From: Eledone cirrhosa
Lineage: Eukaryota
Reading direction: 5' to 3'
Assembly (NCBI GenBank): GCA_964016885.1
Contig: OZ024743.1
Location: 142,662,001 to 142,726,000 of the forward strand
Length of the DNA stretch: 64,000 nt
The position numbers and the translations under genes were made by a program. Each line of letters opens with the position of its first letter. Position 1 is the first letter of the stretch. The notes under the pieces were generated by a model. It saw only the letters and a list, made by a program, of their open reading frames with translations. It had not been told where the DNA came from and made no database searches. This document shows positions 1 to 16,000 of the stretch, one piece after another.

Positions 1-1499
1 ACCAAGCACCAAGCACCAGGCACCAAGGACCAAACACCAGGCACCAAGCACCAAGCACCAAACACCAAGCACCAAGCACCAAACACCCAGCACCAAGCAC
101 CAAGCACCAAACACCAAGCACCAAGCACCAAACACCAAACACCAAACACCAAGCACCAAGCACCAAACAGCAAGCACCAAACACCAAACACCAAACAGCA
201 AACACCAAACAGCAAACACCAAACACCAAACAGCAAACAGCAAACACCAAACACCAAACACCAAGCACCAAGCACCAAACACCAAGCACCAAGCACCAAA
301 CACCAAGCACCAAGCACCAAGCACCAAACACCAAGCACCAAGCACCAAACACCAAACCCCAAGCACCAAACACCAAACTGCAAGCACCAGGCACCAAACA
401 CTAATCACCAAGCACCAAGCACCAAACAACAAGCACCAAGCACCAAGCAGCAGGCACCAAGCACCAAGCACCAAACACAAAACACCAAGGACCAAGCACC
501 AAGCAGCAAACACCAAGCATCAAACACCAAACACCAAACACCAAGCACCAAACACCAAGCACCAAGCACCAAACACCAAACACCAAGCACCAAGCACCAA
601 ACACCAAACATCAAGCACCAAACACCAGATACCAAGCACCAAGCACCAAACGCCAAACACCAAACACCAAGCACCAAGCACCAAGCTCCAAATACCAAAC
701 ACCAAGCACCAAGCACCAAACACCAAACACCAAGCACGCAGCATCAAACACCAAGCACCAAACACCAAGCACCAAGCACCAAGCACCAAGTACCAAACAC
801 CAAACACCAAGCACCAAACACCAGACACCAAGCACCAAGCACCAAGCACGAAACACCAGGCACCAAGCACCAAACACCAAACTCCAAACACCAAGCACCA
901 AACACCAGCCACCAAGCACCAAGCACCAAACACCAAACACCAACCACTAAGCACCAAACACCAAACAACAAGCACCAGGCACCAAGCACCAAGCACCAAA
1001 CTCCAAACACCAAGCACCAATTACCAAACTCCAAGCACCAAGCACCAAACACCAAACCCCAAGCACCAAACACCAAACACCAAGCACCAAGCACCAAACA
1101 CCAAGCACCAAGCAGCAAGCACCAAGCACCAAACACCAAACCCCAAGCACCAAACACCAAACCGCAAGCACCAAGCACCAAACACTAATCACCAAGTACC
1201 AAGCACCAAACACAAAACACCAAGCACCAAGCACCAAGCACCATACACCAAGCACCAAGCACCAAGCACCAAACACCAAATACCAAACACCAAGCACCAA
1301 GAACCAAACACCAAACACCAAACAGCAAGCACCAAGCACCAAACACCAAGCACCAAACACCAAACCCCAAGCACCAAACACCAAGCACCAAGCACCAAAC
1401 ACCAAACACCAAACACTAAGCACCAAGAACCAAACACCAAACACCAAACAGCAAGCACCAAGCACCAAGCACCAAGCACCAAACACCAAGCACCAAGCA

Positions 1500-4400
1500 C
1501 CAAGCACCAAGCACCAAACACCAAGCACCAAGCACCAAACACCCAGCACCAAACACCAAACAGCAAGCACCAAGCACCAAACACCAAGCCCCAAACACCA
1601 AACCCCAAGCACCAATCACCAAACACTAATCACCAAGCACCAAGCACCAAACACCAAGCACCAAGCAGCAAGCACCAAACACCAAGCACCAAGCACCAAG
1701 CACCAAACACCAAGCACCAAGCACCAAAGACCAAAACCCAAGCACCAAAGACCAAGCACCAAGCACCAAGGACCAAACACCAAGCACCAAGCACCAAGCA
1801 CCAAACACCAAGCACCAAGCACCAAACACCCAGCACCAAGCACCAAGCACCAAACACCAAGCACCAAACACCAAACACCAAGCACCAAGCACCAAACAGC
1901 AAGCACCAAACACCAAACACCAAACAGCAAACACCAAACAGCAAACACCAACCACCAAACAGCAAACAGCAAACGCCAAACACCAAGCACCAAGCACCAA
2001 GCACCAAACACCAAGCACCAAGCACCAAGCACACAACACCAAACACCAAGCACCAAGGACCAAACATCAAACACCAAGCACCAAGCACCAAACACCAAAC
2101 ACCAAGCACCAAGCACCAAGCACCAAGCACCGAACACCAAGCACCAAACAACAAGCACCAAACACCAAGCACCAAACACCAAACACCAAGCACCCGGCAC
2201 CAAGCACGAAACAGCAAGCACCAAACACCAAGCACCAAACACCAAGTCCCACGCACCAAGCACCAAACACCAAACACCAAGCACCAAGCACCAAACAGCA
2301 AGCACCAAACAGCAAACAGCAAACAGCAAACACCAAACACCAAACACCAAGCACCAAGCACCAAACACCAAGCACCAAGCACCAAACACCGAGCACCAAG
2401 CACCAAGCACCAAACCCCAAGCACCAAACACCAAACCGCAAGCACCAAGCACCAAACACTAATCACCAAGCACCAAGCACCAAACAACAAGCACCAAGCA
2501 CCAAGCACCAGGCACCAAGCACCAATCACCAAACACAAAACACCAAGCACCAAACACCAAACATCAAGCACCAAACACCAGATACCAAGCACCAAGCACC
2601 AAGCACCAAACACCAAACACCAAGCACCAAGCGCCAAACACCATACAACAAGCACCAGGCACCGAGCTCCAAACGCCAAACACCAAGCACCAAGCACCAA
2701 ACACCAAACACCAAGCAGGCAGCATCAAATACCAAGCACCAAACACCAAGCACCAAGCACCAAGCACCAAGTACCAAACACCAAACACCAAGCACCAAAC
2801 ACCAAACACCAAGCACCAAGCACCAAGCACGAAACACCAGACACCAAGCACCAAGCACCAAACTCCAAACACCAAGCACCAAACACCAGCCACCAAGCAC
2901 CAAGCACCAAACACCAAACACCAAGCACTAAGCACCAAACACCAAACAACAAGCACCAGGCACCAAGCACCGAACACCAAACACCAAGCACGCAGCACCA
3001 AACACCAAGCACGAAGCACCAAGCACCAAACACCAAGCACCAAGCACCAAGCACCAAACACCAAACACCAAACACCAAGCACCAAGAACCAAACACCAAA
3101 CACCAAACAGCAAGCACTAAGCACCAAACACCAAGCCCCAAACACCAGACCCCAAGCACCAATCTCCAAACACTACTCACCAAGCACCAAGCACCAAACA
3201 CCAAGCACCAAGCAGCAAGCACCAAACACCAAGCACCAAGCACCAAGCACCAAGCACCAAACACCAAGCACCAAGCATCAAACACCAAAACCCAAGCACC
3301 AAAGACCAAGCACGAAGCACCAAGGACCAAACACCAAGCACCAAGCACCAAGCACCAAACACCAAGCACCAAGCACCAAACACCAAACACCAAACAGCAA
3401 ACACCAAACAGCAAACACCAAACACCAAACAGCAAACAGCAAACGCCAAACACCAAGCACCAAGCACCAAGCACCAAACACCAAGCACCAAGCACCAAGC
3501 ACACAACACCAGACACCAAGCACCAAGGACCAAACATCAAACACCAAGCACCAAGCACCAAACACCAAACACCAAGCACCAAGCACCAAGCACCAAGCAC
3601 CGAACACCAAGTACCAAACACCAAGCACCAAACACCAAGCACCAAACACCAAACACCAAGCACCAGGCACCAAGCACCAAACACCAAGCACCAAACACCA
3701 AGCACCAAACATCAAGCACCAAACACCAAGCACCAAACACCAAGCACCAAGCACCAAACACCCAGCACCAAACACCAAACAGCAAGCACCAAGCACCAAA
3801 CACCAAGCCCCAAACACCAAACCCCAAGCACCAATCACCAAACACTAATCACCAAGCACCAAGCACCAAACACCAAGCACCAAGCAGCAAGCACCAAACA
3901 CCAAGCACCAAGCACCAAGCACCAAACACCAAGCACCAAGCACCAAAGACCAAAACCCAAGCACCAAAGACCAAGCACCAAGCACCAAGGACCAAACACC
4001 AAGCACCAAGCACCAAGCACCAAACACCAAGCACCAAGCACCAAACACCCAGCACCAAGCACCAAGCACCAAACACCAAGCACCAAACACCAAACACCAA
4101 GCACCAAGCACCAAACAGCAAGCACCAAACACCAAACACCAAACAGCAAACACCAAACAGCAAACACCAACCACCAAACAGCAAACAGCAAACGCCAAAC
4201 ACCAAGCACCAAGCACCAAGCACCAAACACCAAGCACCAAGCACCAAGCACACAACACCAAACACCAAGCACCATGGACCAAACATCAAACACCAAGCAC
4301 CAAGCACCAAACACCAAACACCAAGCACCAAGCACCAAGCACCAAGCACCGAACACCAAGCACCAAACAACAAGCACCAAACACCAAGCACCAAACACCA

Positions 4401-5940
4401 AACACCAAGCACCCGGCACCAAGCACGAAACAGCAAGCACCAAACACCAAGCACCAAACACCAAGTCCCACGCACCAAGCACCAAACACCAAACACCAAG
4501 CACCAAGCACCAAACAGCAAGCACCAAACAGCAAACAGCAAACAGCAAACACCAAACACCAAACACCAAGCACCAAGCACCAAACACCAAGCACCAAGCA
4601 CCAAACACCGAGCACCAAGCACCAAGCACCAAACCCCAAGCACCAAACACCAAACCGCAAGCACCAAGCACCAAACACTAATCACCAAGCACCAAGCACC
4701 AAACAACAAGCACCAAGCACCAAGCACCAGGCACCAAGCACCAATCACCAAACACAAAACAACAAGCACCAAACACCAAACATCAAGCACCAAACACCAG
4801 ATACCAAGCACCAAGCACCAAGCACCAAACACCAAACACCAAGCACCAAGCGCCAAACACCATACAACAAGCACCAGGCACCGAGCTCCAAACGCCAAAC
4901 ACCAAGCACCAAGCACCAAACACCAAACACCAAGCAGGCAGCATCAAATACCAAGCACCAAACACCAAGCACCAAGCACCAAGCACCAAGTACCAAACAC
5001 CAAACACCAAGCACCAAACACCAAACACCAAGCACCAAGCACCAAGCACGAAACACCAGGCACCAAGCACCAAGCACCAAACTCCAAACACCAAGCACCA
5101 AACACCAGCCACCAAGCACCAAGCACCAAACACCAAACACCAAGCACTAAGCACCAAACACCAAACAACAAGCACCAGGCACCAAGCACCGAACACCAAA
5201 CACCAAGCACGCAGCACCAAACACCAAGCACGAAGCACCAAGCACCAAACACCAAGCACCAAGCACCAAGCACCAAACACCAAACACCAAACACCAAGCA
5301 CCAAGAACCAAACACCAAACACCAAACAGCAAGCACTAAGCACCAAACACCAAGCCCCAAACACCAGACCCCAAGCACCAATCACCAAACACTACTCACC
5401 AAGCACCAAGCACCAAACACCAAGCACAAAGCAGCAAGCACCAAACACCAAGCACCAAGCACCAAGCACCAAGCACCAAACACCAAGCACCAAGCATCAA
5501 ACACCAAAACCCAAGCACCAAAGACCAAGCACGAAGCACCAAGGACCAAACACCAAGCACCAAGCACCAAGCACCAAACACCAAGCACCAAGCACCAAAC
5601 ACGAAACACCAAACAGCAAACACCAAACAGCAAACACCAAACACCAAACAGCAAACAGCAAACGCCAAACACCAAGCACCAAGCACCAAGCACCAAACAC
5701 CAAGCACCAAGCACCAAGCACACAACACCAGACACCAAGCACCAAGGACCAAACATCAAACACCAAGCACCAAGCACCAAACACCAAACACCAAGCACCA
5801 AGCACCAAGCACCAAGCACCGAACACCAAGTACCAAACACCAAGCACCAAACACCAAGCACCAAACACCAAACACCAAGCACCAGGCACCAAGCACCAAA
5901 CACCAAGCACCAAACACCAAGCACCAAACACCAAGCACCA
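1500..5940. repeat. Tandem higher-order duplication, unit 2219 bp (317 monomers), 2 copies
   Basis: Landmarks cacccag 1540/3759 and cactaat 1624/3843 are offset by 2219. Near-identical ORF pairs 1616..2455/3835..4674, 2526../4745.. and 3177../5396.. share the same offset. The copies differ by a few substitutions (e.g. caccatg near 4270, ctccaaa near 3164). Confidence 0.93.
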
Positions 5941-6859
5941 AACACCAAGCACCAAACACCAAGTCCCACGCAGCAAGCACCAAACACCAAACACCAAGCA
6001 CTAAACACCAAGCAGCAAGCAGCAAGCACCAAACACCAAACACCAAGCACCAAGCACCAAACACCAAACACCAAGCACCAAGCACAAAATACCAAACACC
6101 AAGCACAATGGACCAAACATCAAACACCAAGCACCAAGTACCAAACGCCTAACACCAAGCACCAAGCACCAAGCACCAAGCACCAAACACCAAGCACCAA
6201 TCACCAAACACCAAACACCAAGCACCGAACACCAAGCACCAGGCACCAAACACCAAACACCAAGCACCAAGCACCAAACACCAAACACCAAGACCGAAGC
6301 ACCAAACACCAAGCACCAAAGTCCAAACACAAAACACCAATCACCAAGCAGAAAGCACCAAACACCAAACACCAAGCACCAAACACCAAACACCAAGCAC
6401 CAAGTACCAAGCACGAAACACCAGGCACCAAGCACCAAGCACCAAACACCAAGCACCAAGCACTAAGCACCAAACACCAAACAACAAGCCCCAGGCACCA
6501 AGCACCAAACACCAAACACCAAGGCCGAAGCACCAAACACCAAACACCAAGCACCAAGAACCTAACATCAAACACCAATCACCAAGCACCAAACACCTAA
6601 CACCAAGAACCAAGCACCAAGCACCAAGCACCAAACACCAAGCACCAAACACAAAGCACCAAGCGCCAAACACCAAGCACCAAGCACCAAACACCAAGCA
6701 CCAAGCACCAAACACCAAACCCCAAGCACCAAACACCAAACCCAAAGCACCAAGCACCAAACACTAATCACCAAGCACCAAGCACCAAACATCAAGCACC
6801 AAGCACCAAGCACCAGGCACCAAGCACCAAGCACCAAACACTAATCACCAAGCACCAAA

Positions 6860-9080
6860 CACCAAGCACCAAACACCAAGCACCAAGCACCAAGCGCCAA
6901 ACACCAGGCCCCAAGTACCAAACACCAAACACCAAGCACCAAAGACCAAGCACCAAGCACCAAGCACCAAGCACCAAACAATAAGCACCAAGCACCAAGC
7001 ACCAAACACCAAACACCAACCACCCAGCACCAAGCACCAAGCACCAAACACCAAGCACCAAACAACAAGCACCAAGCACCATCACCAGGCACCAAGCACC
7101 AAGCACCAAACACTAATCACCAAGCACCAAGCACCAAGCACCAAGCACCAAACACCAAGCACCAAGCACCAAGCGCCAAACACCAAGCACCAAGCACCAA
7201 ACACCAAACACCAAGCACCAAACACCAAGCCCCAAGCACTAAGCACCAAACACCAAACACCAAGCACCAAGCACCAAACACCAAGCACCAAACACCAAGC
7301 ACCAAACACCAAACACTAAGTCCCACGCACCAAGCACCAAACACCAAACAGCAAGCACCAAGCACCAAACACCAAGCATCAAGCACCAAGCCCCTAGCAC
7401 CAAACACCAAACGCCAAGCACCAAGCACAAAACACCAAACAACAAGCACCAAGGACCAAACACCTAACACCAAGCACCAAGCACCAAGCACCAAGCACCA
7501 ATCACCAAACACCAAGCACCAAACACCAAGCACCAAGTACCAAACACCAAACACCAAACACCAAACACCAAACACCAAGCACCAAGCACCAAGCACGAAA
7601 CACCAGGCACCAAGCACCAAGCACCAAACTCCAAACACCAAGCACCAAGCACCAGCCACCAAGCACCAAGCACCAAACACCAAACACCAAGCACTAAGCA
7701 CCAAACACCAAACAACAAGCCCCAGGCACCAAGCACCAAACACCAAACACCAAGCACGCAGCACCAAACACCAAGCACCAAGCACCAAGCACCAAACACC
7801 AAGCACCAAGCACCAAGCACCAAACACCAAACACCAAACACCAAGCACCAAGAACCAAACACCAAACAGCAAGCACCAAGCACCAAACACCAAGCACCAA
7901 ACACCAAACCCCAAGCACCAATCACCAAACACTAATCACCAAGCACCAAGCACCAAACACCAAGCACCAAGCACCAAGCACCAAACACCAAACACCAAAC
8001 ACCAAGCACCAAGAACCAAACACCAAACACCAAACAGCAAGCACCAAGCACCAAACACCAAACCCCAAGCACCAAACACCAAACCGCAAGCACCAAGCAC
8101 CAAACACTAATCACCAAGTACCAAGCACCAAACACAAAACACCAAGCACCAAACACCAAGCACCAAGCACCAAGCGCCAAACACCAGGCCCCAAGTACCA
8201 AACACCAAACACCAAGCACCAAAGACCAAGCACCAAGCACCAAGCACCAAGCACCAAACAATAAGCACCAAGCACCAAGCACCAAACACCAAACACCAAC
8301 CACCCAGCACCAAGCACCAAGCACCAAACACCAAGCACCAAACAACAAGCACCAAGCAACAAGCACCAGGCACCAAGCACCAAGCACCAAACACTAATCA
8401 CCAAGCACCAAGCACCAAGCACCAAGCACCAAACACCAAGCACCAAGCACCAAGCGCCAAACACCAAGCACCAAGCACCAAACACCAAACACCAAGCACC
8501 AAACACCAAGCCCCAAGCACTAAGCACCAAACACCAAACACCAAGCACCAAGCACCAAACACCAAGCACCAAACACCAAGCACCAAACACCAAACACTAA
8601 GTCCCACGCACCAAGCACCAAACACCAAACAGCAAGCACCAAGCACCAAACACCAAGCATCAAGCACCAAGACCCTAGCACCAAACACCAAACGCCAAGC
8701 ACCAAGCACAAAACACCAAACAACAAGCACCAAGGACCAAACACCTAACACCAAGCACCAAGCACCAAGCACCAAGCACCAATCACCAAACACCAAGCAC
8801 CAAACACCAAGCACCAAGCACCAAGTACCAAACACCAAACACCAAACACCAAACACCAAACACCAAGCACCAAGCACCAAGCACGAAACACCAGGCACCA
8901 AGCACTAAGCACCAAACTCCAAACACCAAGCACCAAGCACCAGCCACCAAGCACCAAGCACCAAACACCAAACACCAAGCACTAAGCACCAAACACCAAA
9001 CAACAAGCCCCAGGCACCAAGCACCAAACACCAAACACCAAGCACGCAGCACCAAACACCAAGCACCAAGCACCAAGCAC
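6860..9080. repeat. Higher-order duplication, offset 1280-1281 bp (~183 monomers)
   Basis: acaccaggccccaagtacc at 6901/8181, cactaat 7111/8392, and gtcccacg 7320/8601. The offset changes by 1 across a 6-bp monomer (caccat) at 7077. Confidence 0.85.
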
Positions 9081-12000
9081 CAAAACACCAAGCACCAAAC
9101 ACCAAACCCCAAGCACCAATCACCAAACACTAATCACCAAGCACCAAGCACCAAACACCAAGCACCAAGCACCAAGCACCAAACACCAAACACCAAACAC
9201 CAAGCACCAAGAACCAAACACCAAACACCAAACAGCAAGCACCAATCACCAAGCACCAAGCACCAAGGACCAAACACCAGGCACCAAGCACCAAGCACCA
9301 AACACCAAGCACCAAGCACCAAACACCCAGCACCAAGCACCAAGCACCAAACACCAAGCACCAAGCACCAAACACCAAACACCAAACACCAAGCACCAAG
9401 CACCAAACAGCAAGCACCAAACACCAAACACCAAACAGCAAACACCAAACAGCAAACACCAAACACCAAACAGCAAACAGCAAACGCCAAACACCAAACA
9501 CCAAGCACCAAGCACCAAACACCAAGCACCAAGCACCAAACACCAAGCACCAAGCACCAAACACCAAGCACCAAGCACCAAACACCAAACCCCAAGCACC
9601 AAACACCAAACCGCAAGCACCAAGCACCAAACACTAATCACCAAGCACCAAGCACCAAACAACAAGCACCAAGCACCAAGCAGCAGGCACCAAGCACCAA
9701 GCACCAAACACAAAACACCAAGCACCAAGCACCAAGCAGCAAACACCAAGCATCAAACACCAAACACCAAACACCAAGCACCAAACACAAAGCACCAAGC
9801 ACCAAACACCTAACACCAAGCACCAAGCACCAAACACCAAACATCAAGCACCAAACACCAGATACCAACCACCAAGCACCAAACGCCAAACACCAAACAC
9901 CAAGCACCAAGCACCAAACACCAAACAACAAGCACCAGGCACCAAGCTCCAAATACCAAACACCAAGCACCAAGCACCAAACACCAAACACCAAGCACGC
10001 AGCATCAAACACCAAGCACCAAACACCAAGCACCAAGCACCAAGCACCAAGTACCAAACACCAAACACCAAGCACCAAACACCAGACAGCAAGCACCAAG
10101 CACCAAGCACGAAACACCAGGCACCAAGCACCAAACACCAAACTCCAAACACCAAGCACCAAACACCAGCCACCAAGCACCAAGCACCAAACACCAAACA
10201 CCAGGCACCAAGCACCAAGCACCAAACTCCAAACACCAAGCACCAAGCACCAAACTCCAAGCACCAAGCACCAAACACCAAACCCCATGCACCAAACACC
10301 AAACACCAAGCACCAAGCACCAAACACCAAGCACCAAGCAGCAAGCACCAAGCACCAAACACCAAACCCCAAGCACCAAACACCAAACCGCAAGCACCAA
10401 GCACCAAACACTAATCACCAAGTACCAAGCACCAAACACAAAACACCAAGCACCAAGCACCAAACACCAAACACCAAGCACCAAGCACCAAGCACCAAAC
10501 ACCAAATACCAAACACCAAGCACCAAGAACCAAACACCAAACACCAAACAGCAAGCACCAAGCACCAAACACCAAGCACCAAACACCAAACCCCAAGCAC
10601 CAAACACCAAGCACCAAGCACCAAGCACCAAGCACCAAGGACCAAACACCAAGCACCAAGCACCAAGCACCAAACACCAAGCACCAAGCACCAAACACCC
10701 AGCACCAAACACCAAACAGCAAGCACCAAGCACCAAACACCAAGCCCCAAACACCAAACCCCAAGCACCAATCACCAAACACTAATCACCAAGCACCAAG
10801 CACCAAACACCAAGCACCAAGCAGCAAGCACCAAACACCAGGCACCAAGCACCAAGCACCAAACACCAAGCACCAAGCACCAAACACCAAAACCCAAGCA
10901 CCAAAGACCAAGCACCAAGCACCAAGGACCAAACACCAAGCACCTAGCACCAAGCACCAAACACCAAGCACCAAGCACCAAACACCCAGCACCAAGCACC
11001 AAGCACCAAACACCAAGCACCAAACACCAAACACCAAGCACCAAGCACCAAACAGCAAGCACCAAACACCAAACACCAAACAGCAAACACCAAACAGCAA
11101 ACACCAACCACCAAACAGCAAACAGCAAACGCCAAACACCAAGCACCAAGCACCAAGCACCAAACACCAAGCACCAAGCACCAAGCACACAACACCAAAC
11201 ACCAAGCACCAAGGACCAAACATCAAACACCAAGCACCAAGCACCAAACACCAAACACCAAGCACCAAGCACCAAGCACCAAGCACCGAACACCAAGCAC
11301 CAAACAACAAGCACCAAACATCAAGCACCAAACACCAAACACCAAGCACCCGGCACCAAGCACCAAACACCAAGCACCAAACACCAAGCACCAAACACCA
11401 AGTCCCACGCACCAAGCACCAAACACCAAACACCAAGCACCAAGCACCAAACATGAAACACCAAGCACCAAGCCCCTAGCACCAAACACCAAGCAGCAAG
11501 CAGCAAGCTCCAAACACCAAACACCAAGCACCAAGCACCAAACACCAAACACCAACCACCAAGCACAAAATACCAAACACCAAGCACAATGGACCAAACA
11601 TCAAACACCAAGCACCAAGCACCAAACGCCTAACACCAAGCACCAAGCACCAAGCACCAAGCACCAAACACCAAGCACCAATCACCAAACACCAAACACC
11701 AAGCACCGAACACCAAGCACCAGGCACCAAACACCAAACACCAAGCACCAAGCACCAAACACCAAACACCAAGACCGAAGCACCAAACACCAAGCACCAA
11801 AGTCCAAACACAAAACACCAATCAACAAGCAGCAAGCACCAAACACCAAACACCAAGCACCAAGCACCAAACACCAAACACCAAGCACCAAGAACCTAAC
11901 ATCAAACACCAATCATCAAGCACCAAACACCTAACACCAAGCACCAAGCACCAAGCACCAAACACCAAGCACCAAACACAAAGCACCAAGCACCAAACAC

Positions 12001-13079
12001 CAAGCACCAAGCACCAAACACCAAGCACCAAGCACCAAACACCAAACCCCAAGCACCAAACACCAAACCCAAAGCACCAAGCACCAAACACTAATCACCA
12101 AGCACCAAGCACCAAACATCAAGCACCAAGCACCAAGCACCAGGCACCAAGCACCAAGCACCAAACACTAATCACCAAGCACCAAACACCAACCACCAAA
12201 CACCAAGCACCAAGCCCCAAGCGCCAAACACCAGGCACCAAGCACCAAATACCAAACACCAAGCACCAAAGACCAAGCACCAAGCACCAAGCATCAAGCA
12301 CCAAACAATAAGCACCAAGCACCAAGCACCAAACACCAAACACCAACCACCCAGCACCAAGCACCAAGCACCAAACACCAAGCACCAAACACCAAACACC
12401 AAACACCAAGCACCAAGCACCAAGCACCAAACACCAAGCACCAAACACTAAGCACCAAAGACCAAGCCCCAAGCACCAAGCACCAAACACCAAACACCAA
12501 GCACCAAGCACCAAACACCAAGCACCAAACACCAAGCACCAAACACCAAACACTAAGTCCCACACACCAAGCACCAAACACCAAACAGCAAGCACCAAGC
12601 ACCAAACACCAAGCATCAAGCACCAAGCCCCTAACAGCAAACACCAAACACCAAGCACCAAGCACAAAACACCAAGCACAAATCACCAAGCACCAAACAC
12701 CAAGCAGCAAGCAGCAAGCACCAAACACCAAACACCAAGCACGAAGCACCAAACACCAAACAACAAGCACCAAGGACCAAACATCAAACACCAAGCACCA
12801 AGCACCAAACACCTAACACCAAGCACCAAGCACCAAGCACCAAGCACCAAACACCAAGCACCAAACACCAAGCACCAAGCACCAAGTAACAAACATCAAA
12901 CACCAAGCCCCAAGCACCAAACAACAAGCACCAAACACCAAACCCCAAGCACCAATCACCAAACACTAATCACCAAGTACCAAGCACCAAACACCAAGCA
13001 CCAAGCACCAAGCACCAAACACCAAACACCAAACACCAAGCACCAAGCACCAAACACCAAACACCAAACACCAAGCACC

Positions 13080-16000
13080 AAGCACCAGGCACCAAGGACC
13101 AAACACCAGGCACCAAGCACCAAGCACCAAACACCAAGCACCAAGCACCAAACACCAAACACCAAACACCAAGCACCAAGCACCAAACAGCAAGCACCAA
13201 ACACCAAACACCAAACAGCAAACACCAAACAGCAAACACCAAACAGCAAACAGCAAACAGCAAACGCCAAACACCAAACACCAAGCACCAAGCACCAAAC
13301 ACCAAGCACCAAGCACCAAACACCAAGCACCAAGCACCAAGCACCAAACACCAAGCACCAAGCACCAAACACCAAACCCCAAGCACCAAACACCAAACTG
13401 CAAGCACCAGGCACCAAACACTAATCACCAAGCACCAAGCACCAAACAACAAGCACCAAGCACCAAGCAGCAGGCACCAAGCACCAAGCACCAAACACAA
13501 AACACCAAGGACCAAGCACCAAGCAGCAAACACCAAGCATCAAACACCAAACACCAAACACCAAGCACCAAACACCAAGCACCAAGCACCAAACACCAAA
13601 CACCAAGCACCAAGCACCAAACACCAAACATCAAGCACCAAACACCAGATACCAAGCACCAAGCACCAAACGCCAAACACCAAACACCAAGCACCAAGCA
13701 CCAAGCTCCAAATACCAAACACCAAGCACCAAGCACCAAACACCAAACACCAAGCACGCAGCATCAAACACCAAGCACCAAACACCAAGCACCAAGCACC
13801 AAGCACCAAGTACCAAACACCAAACACCAAGCACCAAACACCAGACACCAAGCACCAAGCACCAAGCACGAAACACCAGGCACCAAGCACCAAACACCAA
13901 ACTCCAAACACCAAGCACCAAACACCAGCCACCAAGCACCAAGCACCAAACACCAAACACCAACCACTAAGCACCAAACACCAAACAACAAGCACCAGGC
14001 ACCAAGCACCAAGCACCAAACTCCAAACACCAAGCACCAATTACCAAACTCCAAGCACCAAGCACCAAACACCAAACCCCAAGCAGCAAACACCAAACAC
14101 CAAGCACCAAGCACCAAACACCAAGCACCAAGCAGCAAGCACCAAGCACCAAACACCAAACCCCAAGCACCAAACACCAAACCGCAAGCACCAAGCACCA
14201 AACACTAATCACCAAGTACCAAGCACCAAACACAAAACACCAAGCACCAAGCACCAAGCACCATACACCAAGCACCAAGCACCAAGCACCAAACACCAAA
14301 TACCAAACACCAAGCACCAAGAACCAAACACCAAACACCAAACAGCAAGCACCAAGCACCAAACACCAAGCACCAAACACCAAACCCCAAGCACCAAACA
14401 CCAAGCACCAAGCACCAAGCACCAAACACCAAACACCAAACACTAAGCACCAAGAACCAAACACCAAACACCAAACAGCAAGCACCAAGCACCAAGCACC
14501 AAGCACCAAACACCAAGCACCAAGCACCAAGCACCAAGCACCAAACACCAAGCACCAAGCACCAAACACCCAGCACCAAACACCAAACAGCAAGCACCAA
14601 GCACCAAACACCAAGCACCAAACACCAAACCCCAAGCACCAAACACCAAGCACCAAGCACCAAGCACCAAACACCAAACACCAAACACTAAGCACCAAGA
14701 ACCAAACACCAAACACCAAACAGCAAGCACCAAGCACCAAGCACCAAGCACCAAACACCAAGCACCAAGCACCAAGCACCAAGCACCAAACACCAAGCAC
14801 CAAGCACCAAACACCCAGCACCAAACACCAAACAGCAAGCACCAAGCACCAAACACCAAGCCCCAAACACCAAACCCCAAGCACCAATCACCAAACACTA
14901 ATCACCAAGCACCAAGCACCAAACACCAAGCACCAAGCAGCAAGCACCAAACACCAAGCACCAAGCACCAAGCACCAAACACCAAGCACCAAGCACCAAA
15001 GACCAAAACCCAAGCACCAAAGACCAAGCACCAAGCACCAAGGACCAAACACCAAGCACCAAGCACCAAGCACCAAACACCAAGCACCAAGCACCAAACA
15101 CCCGGCACCAAGCACCAAGCACCAAACACCAAGCACCAAACACCAAACACCAAGCACCAAGCACCAAACAGCAAGCACCAAACACCAAACACCAAACAGC
15201 AAACACCAAACAGCAAACACCAACCACCAAACAGCAAACAGCAAACGCCAAACACCAAGCACCAAGCACCAAGCACCAAACACCAAGCACCAAGCACCAA
15301 GCACACAACACCAAACACCAAGCACCAAGGACCAAACATCAAACACCAAGCACCAAGCACCAAACACCAAACACCAAGCACCAAGCACCAAGCACCAAGC
15401 ACCGAACACCAAGCACCAAACAACAAGCACCAAACACCAAGCACCAAACACCAAACACCAAGCACCCGGCACCAAGAACGAAACAGCAAGCACCAAACAC
15501 CAAGCACCAAACACCAAGTCCCACGCACCAAGCACCAAACACCAAACACCAAGCACCAAGCACCAAACAGCAAGCACCAAACAGCAAACAGCAAACAGCA
15601 AACACCAAACACCAAACACCAAGCACCAAGCACCAAACACCAAGCACCAAGCACCAAACACCGAGCACCAAGCACCAAGCACCAAACCCCAAGCACCAAA
15701 CACCAAACCGCAAGCACCAAGCACCAAACACTAATCACCAAGCACCAAGCACCAAACAACAAGCACCAAGCACCAAGCACCAGGCACCAAGCACCAATCA
15801 CCAAACACAAAACACCAAGCACCAAACACCAAACATCAAGCACCAAACACCAGATACCAAGCACCAAGCACCAAGCACCAAACACCAAACACCAAGCACC
15901 AAGCGCCAAACACCATACAACAAGCACCAGGCACCGAGCTCCAAACGCCAAACACCAAGCACCAAGCACCAAACACCAAACACCAAGCAGGCAGCATCAA

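Noticed and set aside
900-915. Chi-like motif (acaccagc, reverse complement GCTGGTGT) recurring in modules
   Set aside because: It is a 7/8 match to E. coli Chi (GCTGGTGG), which is expected from the consensus itself, and nothing indicates a bacterial context.
2-4681. One + frame appears stop-free for ~4.7 kb
   Set aside because: I counted only about nine TAA variants before 4679, and these avoiding one of three frames is plausible by chance. Later stops hit all frames.
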